NCBI GenBank assembly: GCA_051362555.1
Contig: CM120649.1
Span: forward strand, 3,038,001 to 3,102,000
From: Lingula anatina
Lineage: Eukaryota; Animalia; Brachiopoda
Direction: 5' to 3'
Length of the DNA: 64,000 bases
The notes beneath the pieces were generated by a model that saw only the letters and a program-made list of their open reading frames with translations, was not told the origin of the DNA and searched no databases. Both the position numbers and the translations under genes were made by a program. This document shows positions 30,626 through 41,979 of the stretch, in pieces (position 1 is the stretch's first letter; the number at the start of each line of letters is the position of its first letter).

Positions 30626-32743
30626 CTACAGTGAACGGCGGTTTCGCTTAGTCTGATTCTTTGTTCCATACACTTGAAAGAAAACCGAACCAGTCGTTTC
30701 ATTTTGGTTAAATTGCCCGAATGTTTTAAAGGGAACGACCCCAAATGTTATCGCCGTTTCTCGTAATGCGCGTGATTTCCGTATCTCGTACCACATGGTG
30801 GCTCGAAAGCGCATGTATATTTCACGATTTGGATTCATTTCCGGTTTGTCCCAATTAAAGTTGTCCAGGCCTCTGTAGGTTTTCCTCGTACGGTCCACAG
30901 TCACTGTGTGAAAAAGTTCTGTTAAGCCCTCAGTTCGATGCCCGCCTCCTCCAGGTAAGACATCAGTTTCCACAAAAACTACTGGAATCCCCATGGCAAC
31001 GCATGGAAGCGCGCAATGGATACGCGAGGTTATAACTAATTTTGCGCGTGAGTATCTCTCTATCAAACTTTGTGCTTCTTCGTAGCGAGTTAATCTATCA
31101 AATTTCATCCAACTGGGTAGGTCATGTTTGACGTATATCGCCGATTTTCGTATGTGATACGGAACAATTAATTCTAAAGCGCGTTTGTTTACATTAACGA
31201 CAAATATGCCCTCTCTTTTAATGTTGGGATTGGGATTACGCATCAAAAGTGTCAAGCAGCCCGATTTAAATACTGAAAAGTTTTGGGATTTTAAGAAATT
31301 AAAAGTGACGTCATCACGAGCACCCACAGGGCCATGATGTCGAAGGTAATTTCTGCCCGGCTTAGTTAGTAGCTTCTTCCAGAAATTGGACCCAAAGTGC
31401 ATCGATATAATCAAAGGGTTTAGATTAACTTTTGGTGGCCATATCATGTTGCCGGCGTTATACCAACCATTTAGAAATATTGTGATTGGTTCTTTGAGTA
31501 TATTGGTTTGGTTGGAAACAATGAACCCTCTTCCATGCTGATCTTTCGTATCGCTTGTTTTAGATATATCATCACCGGCTGCATTTCGGTCCATGTACAA
31601 AGACCAATGTTTTTCCTTTTCATGGCTTTCTCTTTTACTGTTTGCTGCCCAAAAATTGTCAGTACCTTTCGACTGGACAGATGTTTTTACTACACTAGTG
31701 ACGTCCCAATTATCCCTGTCCACAAATAAATCAACAAAGGGAAGAAATTGTAGCCCTGCCAGAGTTTGAATCTCATCCCCAACGTTGCTGCCTCTTGTCA
31801 CATTCACCCGATGGTCAAAACTTAGGATTCCAAAGAGTTCATCTGGCCAAAAAGGTATTACAGAATCTCTACCGTTCTTTTCAATCTGTCTCTTATCTAC
31901 CTGGTTAAGAACTTTTGATTTCAGTAAGATTGAAGCTGTGTCCCAATTTTGGATTTGGCTTCTACTGCGACTGCTGTAGGCCGACTGAATCTCGATCATA
32001 GCATTTTGGACGAACAACGATTGTCGTTCGAACCTGGATACGAAAAAGATGCCTTTGGGGGACATCCATTCCCCCGTGAAATATTCATCTGGTAAATTTG
32101 ACGGGACTATTCTTCTTACATCTATGTAAAGTCCACCAAATGTCCACAGTGCAAGTAAAACACTTACTTCATGTACGACTGCCATAAATTTACGACCCAT
32201 GAGCAATTTCAGAATGGCGGATTTAGAGACAAAATCGTCCAGTGGTGTGCCCTGAGTCAACTCAGATAACAGTAAACGAAGTACTGTTACGTGTTTCCAT
32301 GACTTGGCGTCTATATGATCTATACATCCACTGCTTCCACACAGAAATACAACGCGTTTCCCTGGATTTAACCGGACGACGGTCTTTATTTTATCCATAA
32401 GCGTTTGTGGAATTGCGGCATAATGAGACCAGACCATGACAAAGTCTGAGGTCGCATTTTGATGTTGGCCCAAGTATTGTGGTGCTGCAGTTAACGCATC
32501 GCCTTTATAAGATGTGGGTACAGTAGATTTGGAGCCACCTGTCCGACCACTTGTAGATGGCCTGGCAAACGCCAAAAACTGTTTTAACTGGGTATGAGGG
32601 CCCTTCTGGTTCTCCCGGTAGATGATATCTCCGGATGTAGCAGACTGTTTTTTAGCCACCAAGTTGCCACTTGTGTTAACTTTCGTCACTGCTGACGGCA
32701 GGGCTGAGTTGGAATAAAAAGATATAATAATATAATAATAATG

Positions 32744-32812
<69 letters not shown>

Positions 32813-33202
32813 AGCACGCCAATACATGAACAATATTGGAACCTGAAAATGTACTTTTTATATATAAAAGCATCTTCTAATATGTTGAATAGCACATACC
32901 GACAATGGAATATTGGAGGCGAATCTACCAGAAACGTAACTAAAATTACAAATTAAATTCTGATTAAGAAGTCTATCTCAGTGGACTTGTTATTGGGTAT
33001 GCTGAACGTCCTGAATCTGATAGGCTTTCCTGTCCTTATATGTCTTCAATGGCGAATAATGTCCGCCCTTTAGCTTACTTTCAGTGCGGTTCATGAATTG
33101 GAAGGTGTAAATCAATGTCCCAATCACTAACAGCAGAACAGGCAGAAGGGATGTCTGCCAGCAACGAGGACATCTACGAAGACTCATCACTGTATATCTC
33201 AT
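30626..33202 (-). CDS. Truncated paralog (copy A): TM + degenerate GT32 + polysaccharide pyruvyltransferase-like domain, ~733 aa; possibly a pseudogene
   Basis: Exon 1 is 33079-33202 (MRYTVMS...LLPVLLLVIGTLIYTF, donor A|GTAAGC) and exon 2 is 30626-32703. Motifs NVGDEIQ, GARD, GCLTL and ITSRIHCALPCVAMGIPV are present. The stop TAG corresponds to GAG in copy B. Confidence 0.7.
32747..32807. repeat. (TA)n microsatellite in the copy A intron
   Basis: Long pure TA run, absent from the paralogous intron at ~39050. Confidence 0.95.
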
Positions 33203-33687
33203 CTTATAAATCCAAGGGAAAAGATCCTCAAAACATATGACGTGTGAATAATGGTTGTTGAAAAATAATTTATGATTCAACTTAGAAAACACTGTAACAC
33301 AGTAAATCATCGTAGTATTATTCTTCTAGCGTGCTCTAACATGTCCTGTCGTTAAGGGTATCGTCACCCTTCGCCCAAAACTTCTTCTTTACTGCTTTAC
33401 ATACATTGTTTTAGGTAATAAATAAATCGTCAGTGAGCAGCGAATAGATGAAGTAACATTTACACATATGTCATCTTAAGGGTGACGTCATAATTAATTG
33501 CGATTTTGGGGTAAAAACTGAAAAATCGGTTTTTCAAATTTCTTTTACCTAAGTACCCACAATAACCGTTTCAACGCCGATTTAATGACACTATTTCGTA
33601 CTCCAAAACCCTGCCAGCGATTTTTCTTAAAAGTCTTAGTTTAGATTTTATGATTGATAAAGCAAACTAATGCCCCAATTTGTTTAA

Positions 33688-34664
33688 AGACAGTCTCGGT
33701 GGGTTAGATTAATGTATAGAAGCAGGTTCTATGTAAAACTTTGGTCAGATTTGTGTTTTGTGAGATTGTTTATTATTATATTAATAAGTCTGGGTCACAA
33801 AAGTTCTGTTTAGACAACTAGAATAAAAAATTAGAAAACGAAAACTATTTATCATGATTTCGGAGCACAGCCGGAAGTACCTCCGGCTCAAGGTCACGAC
33901 CTCGATTTTCCCACGCTTACGACCAATCACAGCAGGTTTCAGTCAGAATGAGAAAGACGTCACGACTACAGAGCGAAACTTGTCAGACATGTAAATGCCG
34001 CCTGTCCACCTTTTCGGTACATGTACCGATCAAAAACAGAAAACGTAAAGCCCAAAACGCTCTTATACACGTAACCAACTTTGAATGAGCACAAATATTG
34101 TCATTTATTGTGAACAGGATAATATGATAATGAGACACACTTGAGACCTGTGAAGCGCATACTCACGTGTCGAGGAGTAGTTTCGCCATTGCCTCCTAAC
34201 TCAGCTTTAAGTGTCTTCCACCGCCCCACCTCCCTCCCAACATACACAGTCTGAGTGCTTCTTCGTCTGTCTCTAATTTTCTTTCGTATCTTTTGAACTG
34301 GAGTGGCTATTTTCTTTCCTTCCCTTTTCTCGCTCTCCTCTTCAGACTTGACGCGCGTCTCCATGTTTGCTGTTTTGGCGCCAAATAGTAACATCCGGGT
34401 CTCAGCCGTAGTACTTCATTCATAGTAAACCGCGAGACTTAGCGAGAAATTGCGCGTTCTGAAGCCGTACTGTGAGGTGGTAGCTGAGTATTTAAGACGA
34501 GTCGTCTTTTATTATTTAATGGAACTTAAAAACGGTATAAGGTAGCTTCATTTTCTGAACGGTTTTGGATAGGATATACCTTGGTCATTATGGGGAAATT
34601 GGTGAGATTTTCAGGAAAATTCATTTTCGTGCTATTTTAAGGGTTTAACGCGCTGAGACTGTCT
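33688..34664. mobile_element. Kolobok-like non-autonomous DNA transposon
   Basis: TTAA|AGACAGTCTCGG ... CTGAGACTGTCT|TTAA, giving a TTAA TSD with purine-purine termini. It sits inside a further TE-like tract that begins TTAA|GGGTATCGTCACCC at 33356. Confidence 0.7.
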
Positions 34665-35218
34665 TTAATGAAAATTTGTAATTAGGGGCTCACAACTTCA
34701 TAACAAAAATTTTTAACTCAAAATGGCGGCACGGGATTGTATTGTTTTTCTCCTGGACAAATATAATTCTATTCGGCTGACCGAAGTGAATTAGAATGGA
34801 ATTATTTTCTCCTAGGGGGCGACACTGTATACATTCGACCAGTTAGCGCAGACCAGTTGACACGTTAATTTTCCAGCGCGTATTTTTTCAATAATATCTA
34901 TGTATTTAAAAAAAAGCTTGGCTAGATTTAATCTAATCTTTAGGTTGTGCAGAAGCAAAAAATGGATTTGATTAAACTTAAATGTATTAAATTTTACTAT
35001 AAATTTTAAATGGCTGAAACTATACGTAGCACGCTGTTCAACGACAAAGTTACACGACAGTATGACAGCCTTGTAAGGCGAATTATCCGAGACAGTATAT
35101 ACGTTTTCATCTATTTTTCATCAAATCCTCAATAACAGAACACATTTCCATTGATTATTGATGGTTCAATGAACACGTTGAATCGATTTCCAAATTGTGA
35201 ACGTTTCCCCACTTTCAG

Positions 35219-35299
35219 GTCAGTCTCATAGCAGCCAGACGTACTGGTCGTATCAGGGGTACCAAGCAAATTACCGGCAAGGAAAACAAGAAAGAATAA
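35219..35299 (+). pseudogene. RPL8: Duplicated RPL8 terminal exon (fragment)
   Basis: TTTCAG|GTCAGTCTC... encodes [26 protein letters not shown], one amino acid different from 27405-27485. The 3'UTR and ATTAAA are retained. Confidence 0.9.
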
Positions 35300-36199
35300 T
35301 TGCTTAAAATGCAACATCAGAAACTGTGAAATTAATGCGTACATTATTACAGTGACAGAAGAGAATTTTGTCATATTAAAAAAGAAAAAAGAAAAATTAA
35401 ATGGTTAATACAGGAGTCGATTGTTGTTGTTATTTGTGTGCCAGTCAGTTTAATTTAGGAAGTTAGAATACTGTTATACATACTTGGCATATATGGGAAT
35501 CTGTTAATTTGGGAGGCTCTTGAAATAAGGAAAAGTGCACTCAATATTTTGTTTACTTGTGGTTGTCTTAAGTATTTTAAAGTTGCACAAAATTATAATC
35601 ACAATTATGAGTTTTAACCACTCCACCGTTGTAAACCCGATATTTGAATTGCCCTCCATTATATACATGTGCCGTCATCCAAGCGTCCAGAAATTGACGG
35701 CTACTTCATCCTGCCCATCTCCCTAACCATCAGAAGTCACTAGAGACTAGCCCCAACATGATAATATGTGCAGGTCGCTGGAGTTTCCAAGAACGAGACA
35801 TGCTGGTGATAAAGATAAGTTCTCAGAAATTTCATGCGCATATTTCACCCTTACACGCAAAAAATATAATATGATAAGTAACACAACATATGGGAAACCA
35901 ACGTTTTGTGTTTTGGGCAATAGCCAAATGGGATGTTTTTCATCTACGTCATTGAAGCAGAAAGGGCAGAGTCCACTTCCGTGATCCTTTTTGGGTACAA
36001 TCATTATGCTTGTGAATATTGTATTTACTTCTTTTAGAGAATTCCGTGGCATACCAAACGTGAACTGGAAATTATCTCTCTTATTCAAGCTATATGCCAG
36101 CATCATCAATATCTTTATTCTTGCATAATCCCATGCAGATTTTATATTACATGCCGTTATTTTGCCGTTGTCTTCTATAATGCAAGCATAACAGACAGA

Positions 36200-39100
36200 T
36201 TAAACAAAATCCCCACAGAAAATGCAGAAATAGTTCAGAAGGTAACGGCAGAGCGTTCCAGGCTTTGTAGCGTCCCCATACGCTTTCGACAATCTGTTAT
36301 ATAGATGTACAGCAAATGACTCTTCGTTTACTGTGCCTTTATGAAGGAAACATTCTCGTGTAACGTTAGGCCACTCAAAAGGATAAAACGATTGCTGATA
36401 CAAACGTCTGACTATGCACGACTCGTCTTTGGATACATCTTCATATCTGCTGACGTCACACAGCCACGTGCGATGTTTTCTCGCCACGCGGGTGAGAAGA
36501 CTCGGTCCATTTGCCGCCCAATCGCTCTGATTATAGTGAACAAGGTAATTTTTAATACACTCACGGAGAAATGGATTGTGCTTATCGAATTTCAGAACAG
36601 CCCCATTTAAGAGGGAGTTTTCATTGTTTTCCCATGCAGTAACATTATTCAGAACTTTTAAACTCTTTACTAAAATGACGTCAGTGTCCATGTAAACGCC
36701 ACCGTACTGATATAACAAGAGCAATCGTATCAAGTCAGTTTGGTGGCTATACCAATATGGTCCTTCTGAAATAACGGGCAATCTCTTCAAGAACGCTCTC
36801 GAGCAACCTCTAAAGGTGTGTGGTTCCAGATTTTCAATGCGCTTTAATAAGTTTTCAAGAGTATAGTTTTCGACTTCTACTTGAAAACCTGCTTCATTGA
36901 ACTCAGAAAACGCGTTTTGTGTCAAAGCATTGCTCAGAATGCGCACTTTCGCATTTGGATGGTGGTAAAATATACTCTCCAGTGAACGGCGGTTCCGCTT
37001 TGTCTGATTCTTTGTTGCGTACACTTGAAAGAACACTGAATCAGTTGTTTCATTTTGATTAAATTGCCCGAATGTTTTAAAGGGTACGACCCCAAATGTA
37101 ATCGCTGTTTCTCGTAATGCGCGGGATTTTCGTATCTCGTACCACAAAGTGGCTCGAAACCGCATGTATATTTCACGATTTGGATTCATTTCCGGTTTGT
37201 CCCAATTAAAGTTGTCCAGGCCTCTGTAGGTTTTCATCGTACGGTCCACAGTCACTGTGTGAAAAAGTTCTGTTAAGCCCTCAGTTCGACGCCCTCCACC
37301 TCCAGGTAAGACATCAGTTACCATAAAAACTACTGGAATTCCCATGGCAACGCATGGTAGCGCGCAATGGATACGCGAGGTTATAACTAATTTTGCGCGT
37401 GAGTATCTCTCCATCAAGCTTTGTGCTTCTTCGTAGCGTGTTAATCTATCAAATGTCATCCAACTGGGCAGATCGTGTTTGACGTATATTGCCGATTTTC
37501 GTATGTGATACGGAACAATTAATTCTAAAGCGCGTTTGTTTACATTAACGACAAATATGCCCTCTCTTTTAATGGTGGGATTGGGATTACGCATCAAAAG
37601 TGTCAAGCAGCCCGATTTATATACTGAAAAGTTTTGGGATTTTAGGAAATTAAAAGTGCCTTCATCACGAGCACCCACAGGGCCATGATGTCGAAGGTAA
37701 TTTCTGCCCGGCTCAGTTAGTAGCTTCTTCCAAAATTTGGACCCAAAGTGCATCGATAAAATCAAAGGGTTTAGATTAACTTTTGGTGGCCATATCATGT
37801 TGCGGTCGTTATACCAACCATTAAGAAATATTGTGATTTCTTTTTTGAGATTATTGGTTTCGTTGGAAACAATGAATCCTTTTCTATGCTGATTTTTTGT
37901 ATCGCTTGTTTTTGACATGTCATCACCGGCTGCATTTGGGTTTATGTACAAAGACCAATTTTTTGCCTTTCCATGACTTTCTCTTTTACTGTTTTCTTCC
38001 CAAAAATTTTCAGTATTCTCCGACTGGACAAATGTATTTACTACACTGGTGACGTTCCAAGTATCTCTGTCCACAAATAGGTCTACAAAGGGAAGAAATT
38101 GTAGCCCTGCCAGCGTTTGAATCTCATCCCCAACGTTGCCGACTCTCACCACATTCACCCGATGGTCAAAACTAAGAATCCCAAAGAGTTCATCTGACGA
38201 AATAGGTATTACAGAATCTCTACCGCTCTTTTCAATCTGTCTCTTATCTACCTGGTTTAGAACTTTTGATTTTAGTAAGATTGAAGCAGTGTCCCAATTT
38301 TGGATTTGACTGCGACTGCTGTAGGCCGACTGAATCTCGATCATAGCATTTTGGACGAACAACGATTGTCGTTCAAACCTGGATACGAAAAAGATGCCTT
38401 TGGTAGACATCCATTCCCCAGTGAAATATTCATCTGGTAAATTTGACGGCACTATTCTTCTTACATCTATGTAAAGTCCACCAAATGTCCACAGTGCAAG
38501 TAAAACACTTACTTCATGTACGACTGCCATAAATTTACGACCCATGAGCAATTTCAGAATGGCGGATTTAGAGACAAAATCGTCCAGTGGTGTGCCTTGA
38601 GTCAACTCAGATAACAGTAAACGAAGTACTGTTACGTGTTTCCATGACTTGGCGTCTATTTGATCTATACATCCACTGCTTCCACACAGAAATACAACGC
38701 GTTTCCCTGGATTTAACCGGACGACGGTCTCTATTTTATCCATAAGCGTTTGTGGAATTGCGGCATAATGCGACCAGACCATGACAAAGTGTTGTGGTGC
38801 TGCAGTTAACGCGTCCTCTTTATAAGATGTGGGTACAGGAGATTTGGAGCCACCGGTCATACCAGAAGTAGATGGCATGGCAGTCGCCAAAAACTGCTTT
38901 AACTGGGTATGAAGGCCTTTCCTGTTCTCCCGGTAGATGGTTTCTCCGGACTGCATCTTAGCCACCAAATTGCCACTTGTGGTAACTTTCGTCACTGCTG
39001 ACGGCAGGGCTGAGTTGGAATAAAAAGATGTAATAATATAATAGTAATAAAATATAGGCCTATATGTAAAATGAGCACGTCAATACATGAACAATATTGG

Positions 39101-39456
39101 AACCTGAAATGTACTTTTTATATATAAAAGCATTTTCAAGTATGCCCATACCATAAACTGGCTGCAATATTGCAGGCGAATCTACCAGAAACGTTATTAA
39201 AACTACAAATTAAATTCTGATTAAGAAGCCGTAACTATCTCAATGGTCTTGCAATTGCGTATGCTGAACTTCCTGAATCTGATAGGCTTTCCTGTTCTAA
39301 TAAATATAATGGCGAATAATGGAAGCCCTTTAGCTTACCTTCAAACCGGTTCATGAAGGTGTAAATCAATGTTCCAGTCACTAACAGCAGAAAAGGCAGA
39401 AGGGATGTCCGCCTGCAACGAAAACATCTACGAAGACTCATCACCCTAGGTCTCAT
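36200..39456 (-). CDS. Type II membrane multidomain glyco-enzyme (copy B): degenerate GT32 + polysaccharide pyruvyltransferase-like + GT32 (A4GALT/A4GNT-like alpha-1,4-glycosyltransferase), ~975 aa
   Basis: Exon 1 is 39339-39456 (short basic tail + TM LLPFLLLVTGTLIYTF, donor G|GTAAGC) and exon 2 is 36200-39009; the join is in frame. Motifs: LALWTFGGLYID (GT32-like); NVGDEIQ, GARD and TSRIHCALPCVAMGIP (PS_pyruv_trans); SLESIFYHHP, DLIRLLLLYQYGGVYMDTDV, WAANGPSLLTR and AVHLYN (GT32/Gb3 synthase). Confidence 0.85.
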
Positions 39457-41421
39457 CTTACCATACGCCATGGAGGCAGACGAAGTGATAAATCCGAGGG
39501 AAAAGATCCTCAAAATAAATGACGTATCACGTGCACGGAGCTGCTGGTGTTATGTGAATAATGCATAACGAGTGTTGAAAATCATTTATGATTCAACATA
39601 AGAAACACTTTGACACGGAGAATCATCGTAGTTCTTCTTCTAGCGCTAATCCTACCGTCATTAATGCCTTCGTCGCCTGCGCACTTGTTACTTACCTTAC
39701 TTGGAGAGCAATATTTGGAAGCAATGTGGTGTAGCTGCGCAAAACAAGAAGACATACACAAACTACAAAAGCATGGCGGAAGAATCATTCTCGATATCCC
39801 AGGAAAGGAAGCCAAGAACCATCCATCAATCGAGCTAATTATAAAAGTGGACTGTCAAATAATTTATGAACGAATAAAATTTAAGAAAGCGACACTTGTT
39901 TTCACATCAGTAAATGACTTTCGAAAAAACGTATTAGGGACTTTCTCGATCGGTACTACAATAATTGACATTACGGGAAGAATCACCAGATCAAGTAATA
40001 TAGTTAATTTTTATTTGCCGATTGGCATGAACATAAAGACATACTAAAGATGCAATATGGGTGGAAATATGGAACTGTATTAACTCTGAAATTAGGCCTA
40101 ATAACTTCGGAGACTTGTACGTACATTTAAAAAATGTACGTAGACCCCGTATTTAAAAAATCAAAAATACTTTTTATGTTATGTAGCTTTTACGTTTTTT
40201 GACTAAATGTTTTTTATTTATAATTTAATTTTTTTTAATCATAGGCCTGAGTATATATAAGCCCGTGCCACCAAATTAGCCATAGGCCTACTATGATAGT
40301 ATTAGCAATGGACCATATTGAAGCTCGATCTTTCCTTTTTTAAGAACCCTTTTTGTCCTTTACAAAACATTTCCTAATTAAAAATGTAACTATTATAACT
40401 GGAAATGAATTATGTAAATATGCAACAGCATGTGGATAACCATGATAATTAAAAAAGGAGAGTTTTAATTATTATTGTAAATATTTTGGGCACCAAAGGG
40501 TGCGTTTGGTCTTGTGTAAAGTGGTAAATTAACGTAGCCGTAACTTGGCAAAAATTACACAATTGCACAACCATAATAACTGACTAGTGTATTTCAGAAA
40601 GAAATATCAGCATCTGACACTTATATTTGAGGGTGTTCATCATTTAAAAACCTGTTGAGAGGGGATCTCGGAAAGATGAAGAGCTCTTGTCTTGGGTGAG
40701 TCACTTTTGTTCCTCCTATTACTGAAGAAACTCACGCTGCCGCAAATAGACTTCGAACTTTTGATAAATTCTGGCGAGTTTTAGGGTAAGCACTTAATGT
40801 TATACTGTATTTATTTGGCAGAACACTTAGAACAATGAACTCACTGTAGTGCATGATTATCAATTTTGCACACCGAAAATTAAGATAAATCTTGGTCCGG
40901 CTTTCCCTCTTGAATCGTTACGCCGCCAGCACATCTTCTCTGATATATACACATACTGTTGTGCTAACGCACAAAAGGCAAAGACTCAGCTTTGGAATGC
41001 CGACTAGCTTCTGCATCCAGCATGATGCTGGGGGCTCTCAAAGTTCCTCAATTCGCACATTTCTGTAAACCCAACCAGTTTCCCTACGGGTACACGCCAC
41101 TCACCGACGAGTAAACAGCTACTCACTGTAACTGTAGTGTTAGCTTGAATGATAAACTAAAAATCAAGGTGTAATGGAGAGCATATGAACTCCAAACGAC
41201 GCTTAAATTTCTAGCTTCGAGAGTTTGTAACACAGGGTATTATGATCGAGGCCTCATACCAGCTGTAAGACAGAAAAAAAACATGCCAATGATTTGTGGC
41301 TTATATTAATTCTATCATATATGCAGACGTTGATGCATAATGCAACACATTGCTCTTTAATGGGTCAGGGCAAATACCTGCATTTAAAGAAGCTGATAGT
41401 GAAAATAGTGATTTATAATGA

Positions 41422-41480
<59 letters not shown>

Positions 41481-41553
41481 TTTGACTGTCAATATGGAAT
41501 TATATCCTTCAGTATGTTAATTTTGTCATCTCTCTTTATATAAGGCACTCACC

Positions 41554-41860
41554 ATGGCTCTGACAGAAGTTTCAAAGAACAAGAGTTTTGGAGGATGGCA
41601 GAAAGTCTTCAGTCATGATAGGCAAGATTGTATTCTGTTGTGTTTTATTGTATTGTAAAGTACACATTTATAAATTTCACAGTTTTGACTTAAAATAAAG
41701 AAATAACAAGTAATAGGATGCATGTTTAGTAGGTGATGATTTTTTTTCTAAACAGAATCTTTAATTTCAGCCAAGAACTGAAATGCAAGATGAATTTTGG
41801 AGTTTACCTTCCCCCACAAGCTGAGACTGGAAAAGTGTCTGTCCTTTACTGGCTGTCAGG

Positions 41861-41915
<55 letters not shown>

Positions 41916-41948
41916 CCCTTCCTCCCTCTCTCTCTCCCTCCATCCCTA

Positions 41949-41979
<31 letters not shown>

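Larger units (their letters stand above)
27193..33355. repeat. Segmental duplication unit A (RPL8 3' end + glyco-enzyme gene)
   Basis: Colinear and highly similar to 34943-39664, apart from the HINE insertion and the 30440-30528 replacement. Confidence 0.9.
34943..39664. repeat. Segmental duplication unit B
   Basis: Paralog of 27193-33355. Confidence 0.9.

Noticed and set aside
32704-32833. N-terminus MFMYWRAHFIYIYIY... of the 735-aa ORF
   Set aside because: This is read-through of an intron containing a (TA)n microsatellite. The true N-terminus is the exon at 33079-33202.
36975-37005. Furin-like site KRNRR between the pyruvyltransferase and GT32 domains
   Set aside because: It coincides with the R-x-x-x-S-x-E-S start motif usual in GT32 domains, so it needs no separate explanation.
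39610-40047. 145-aa plus-strand ORF with a hydrophobic start
   Set aside because: No recognisable domain or splice context. It lies in the upstream region of the glyco-enzyme gene.
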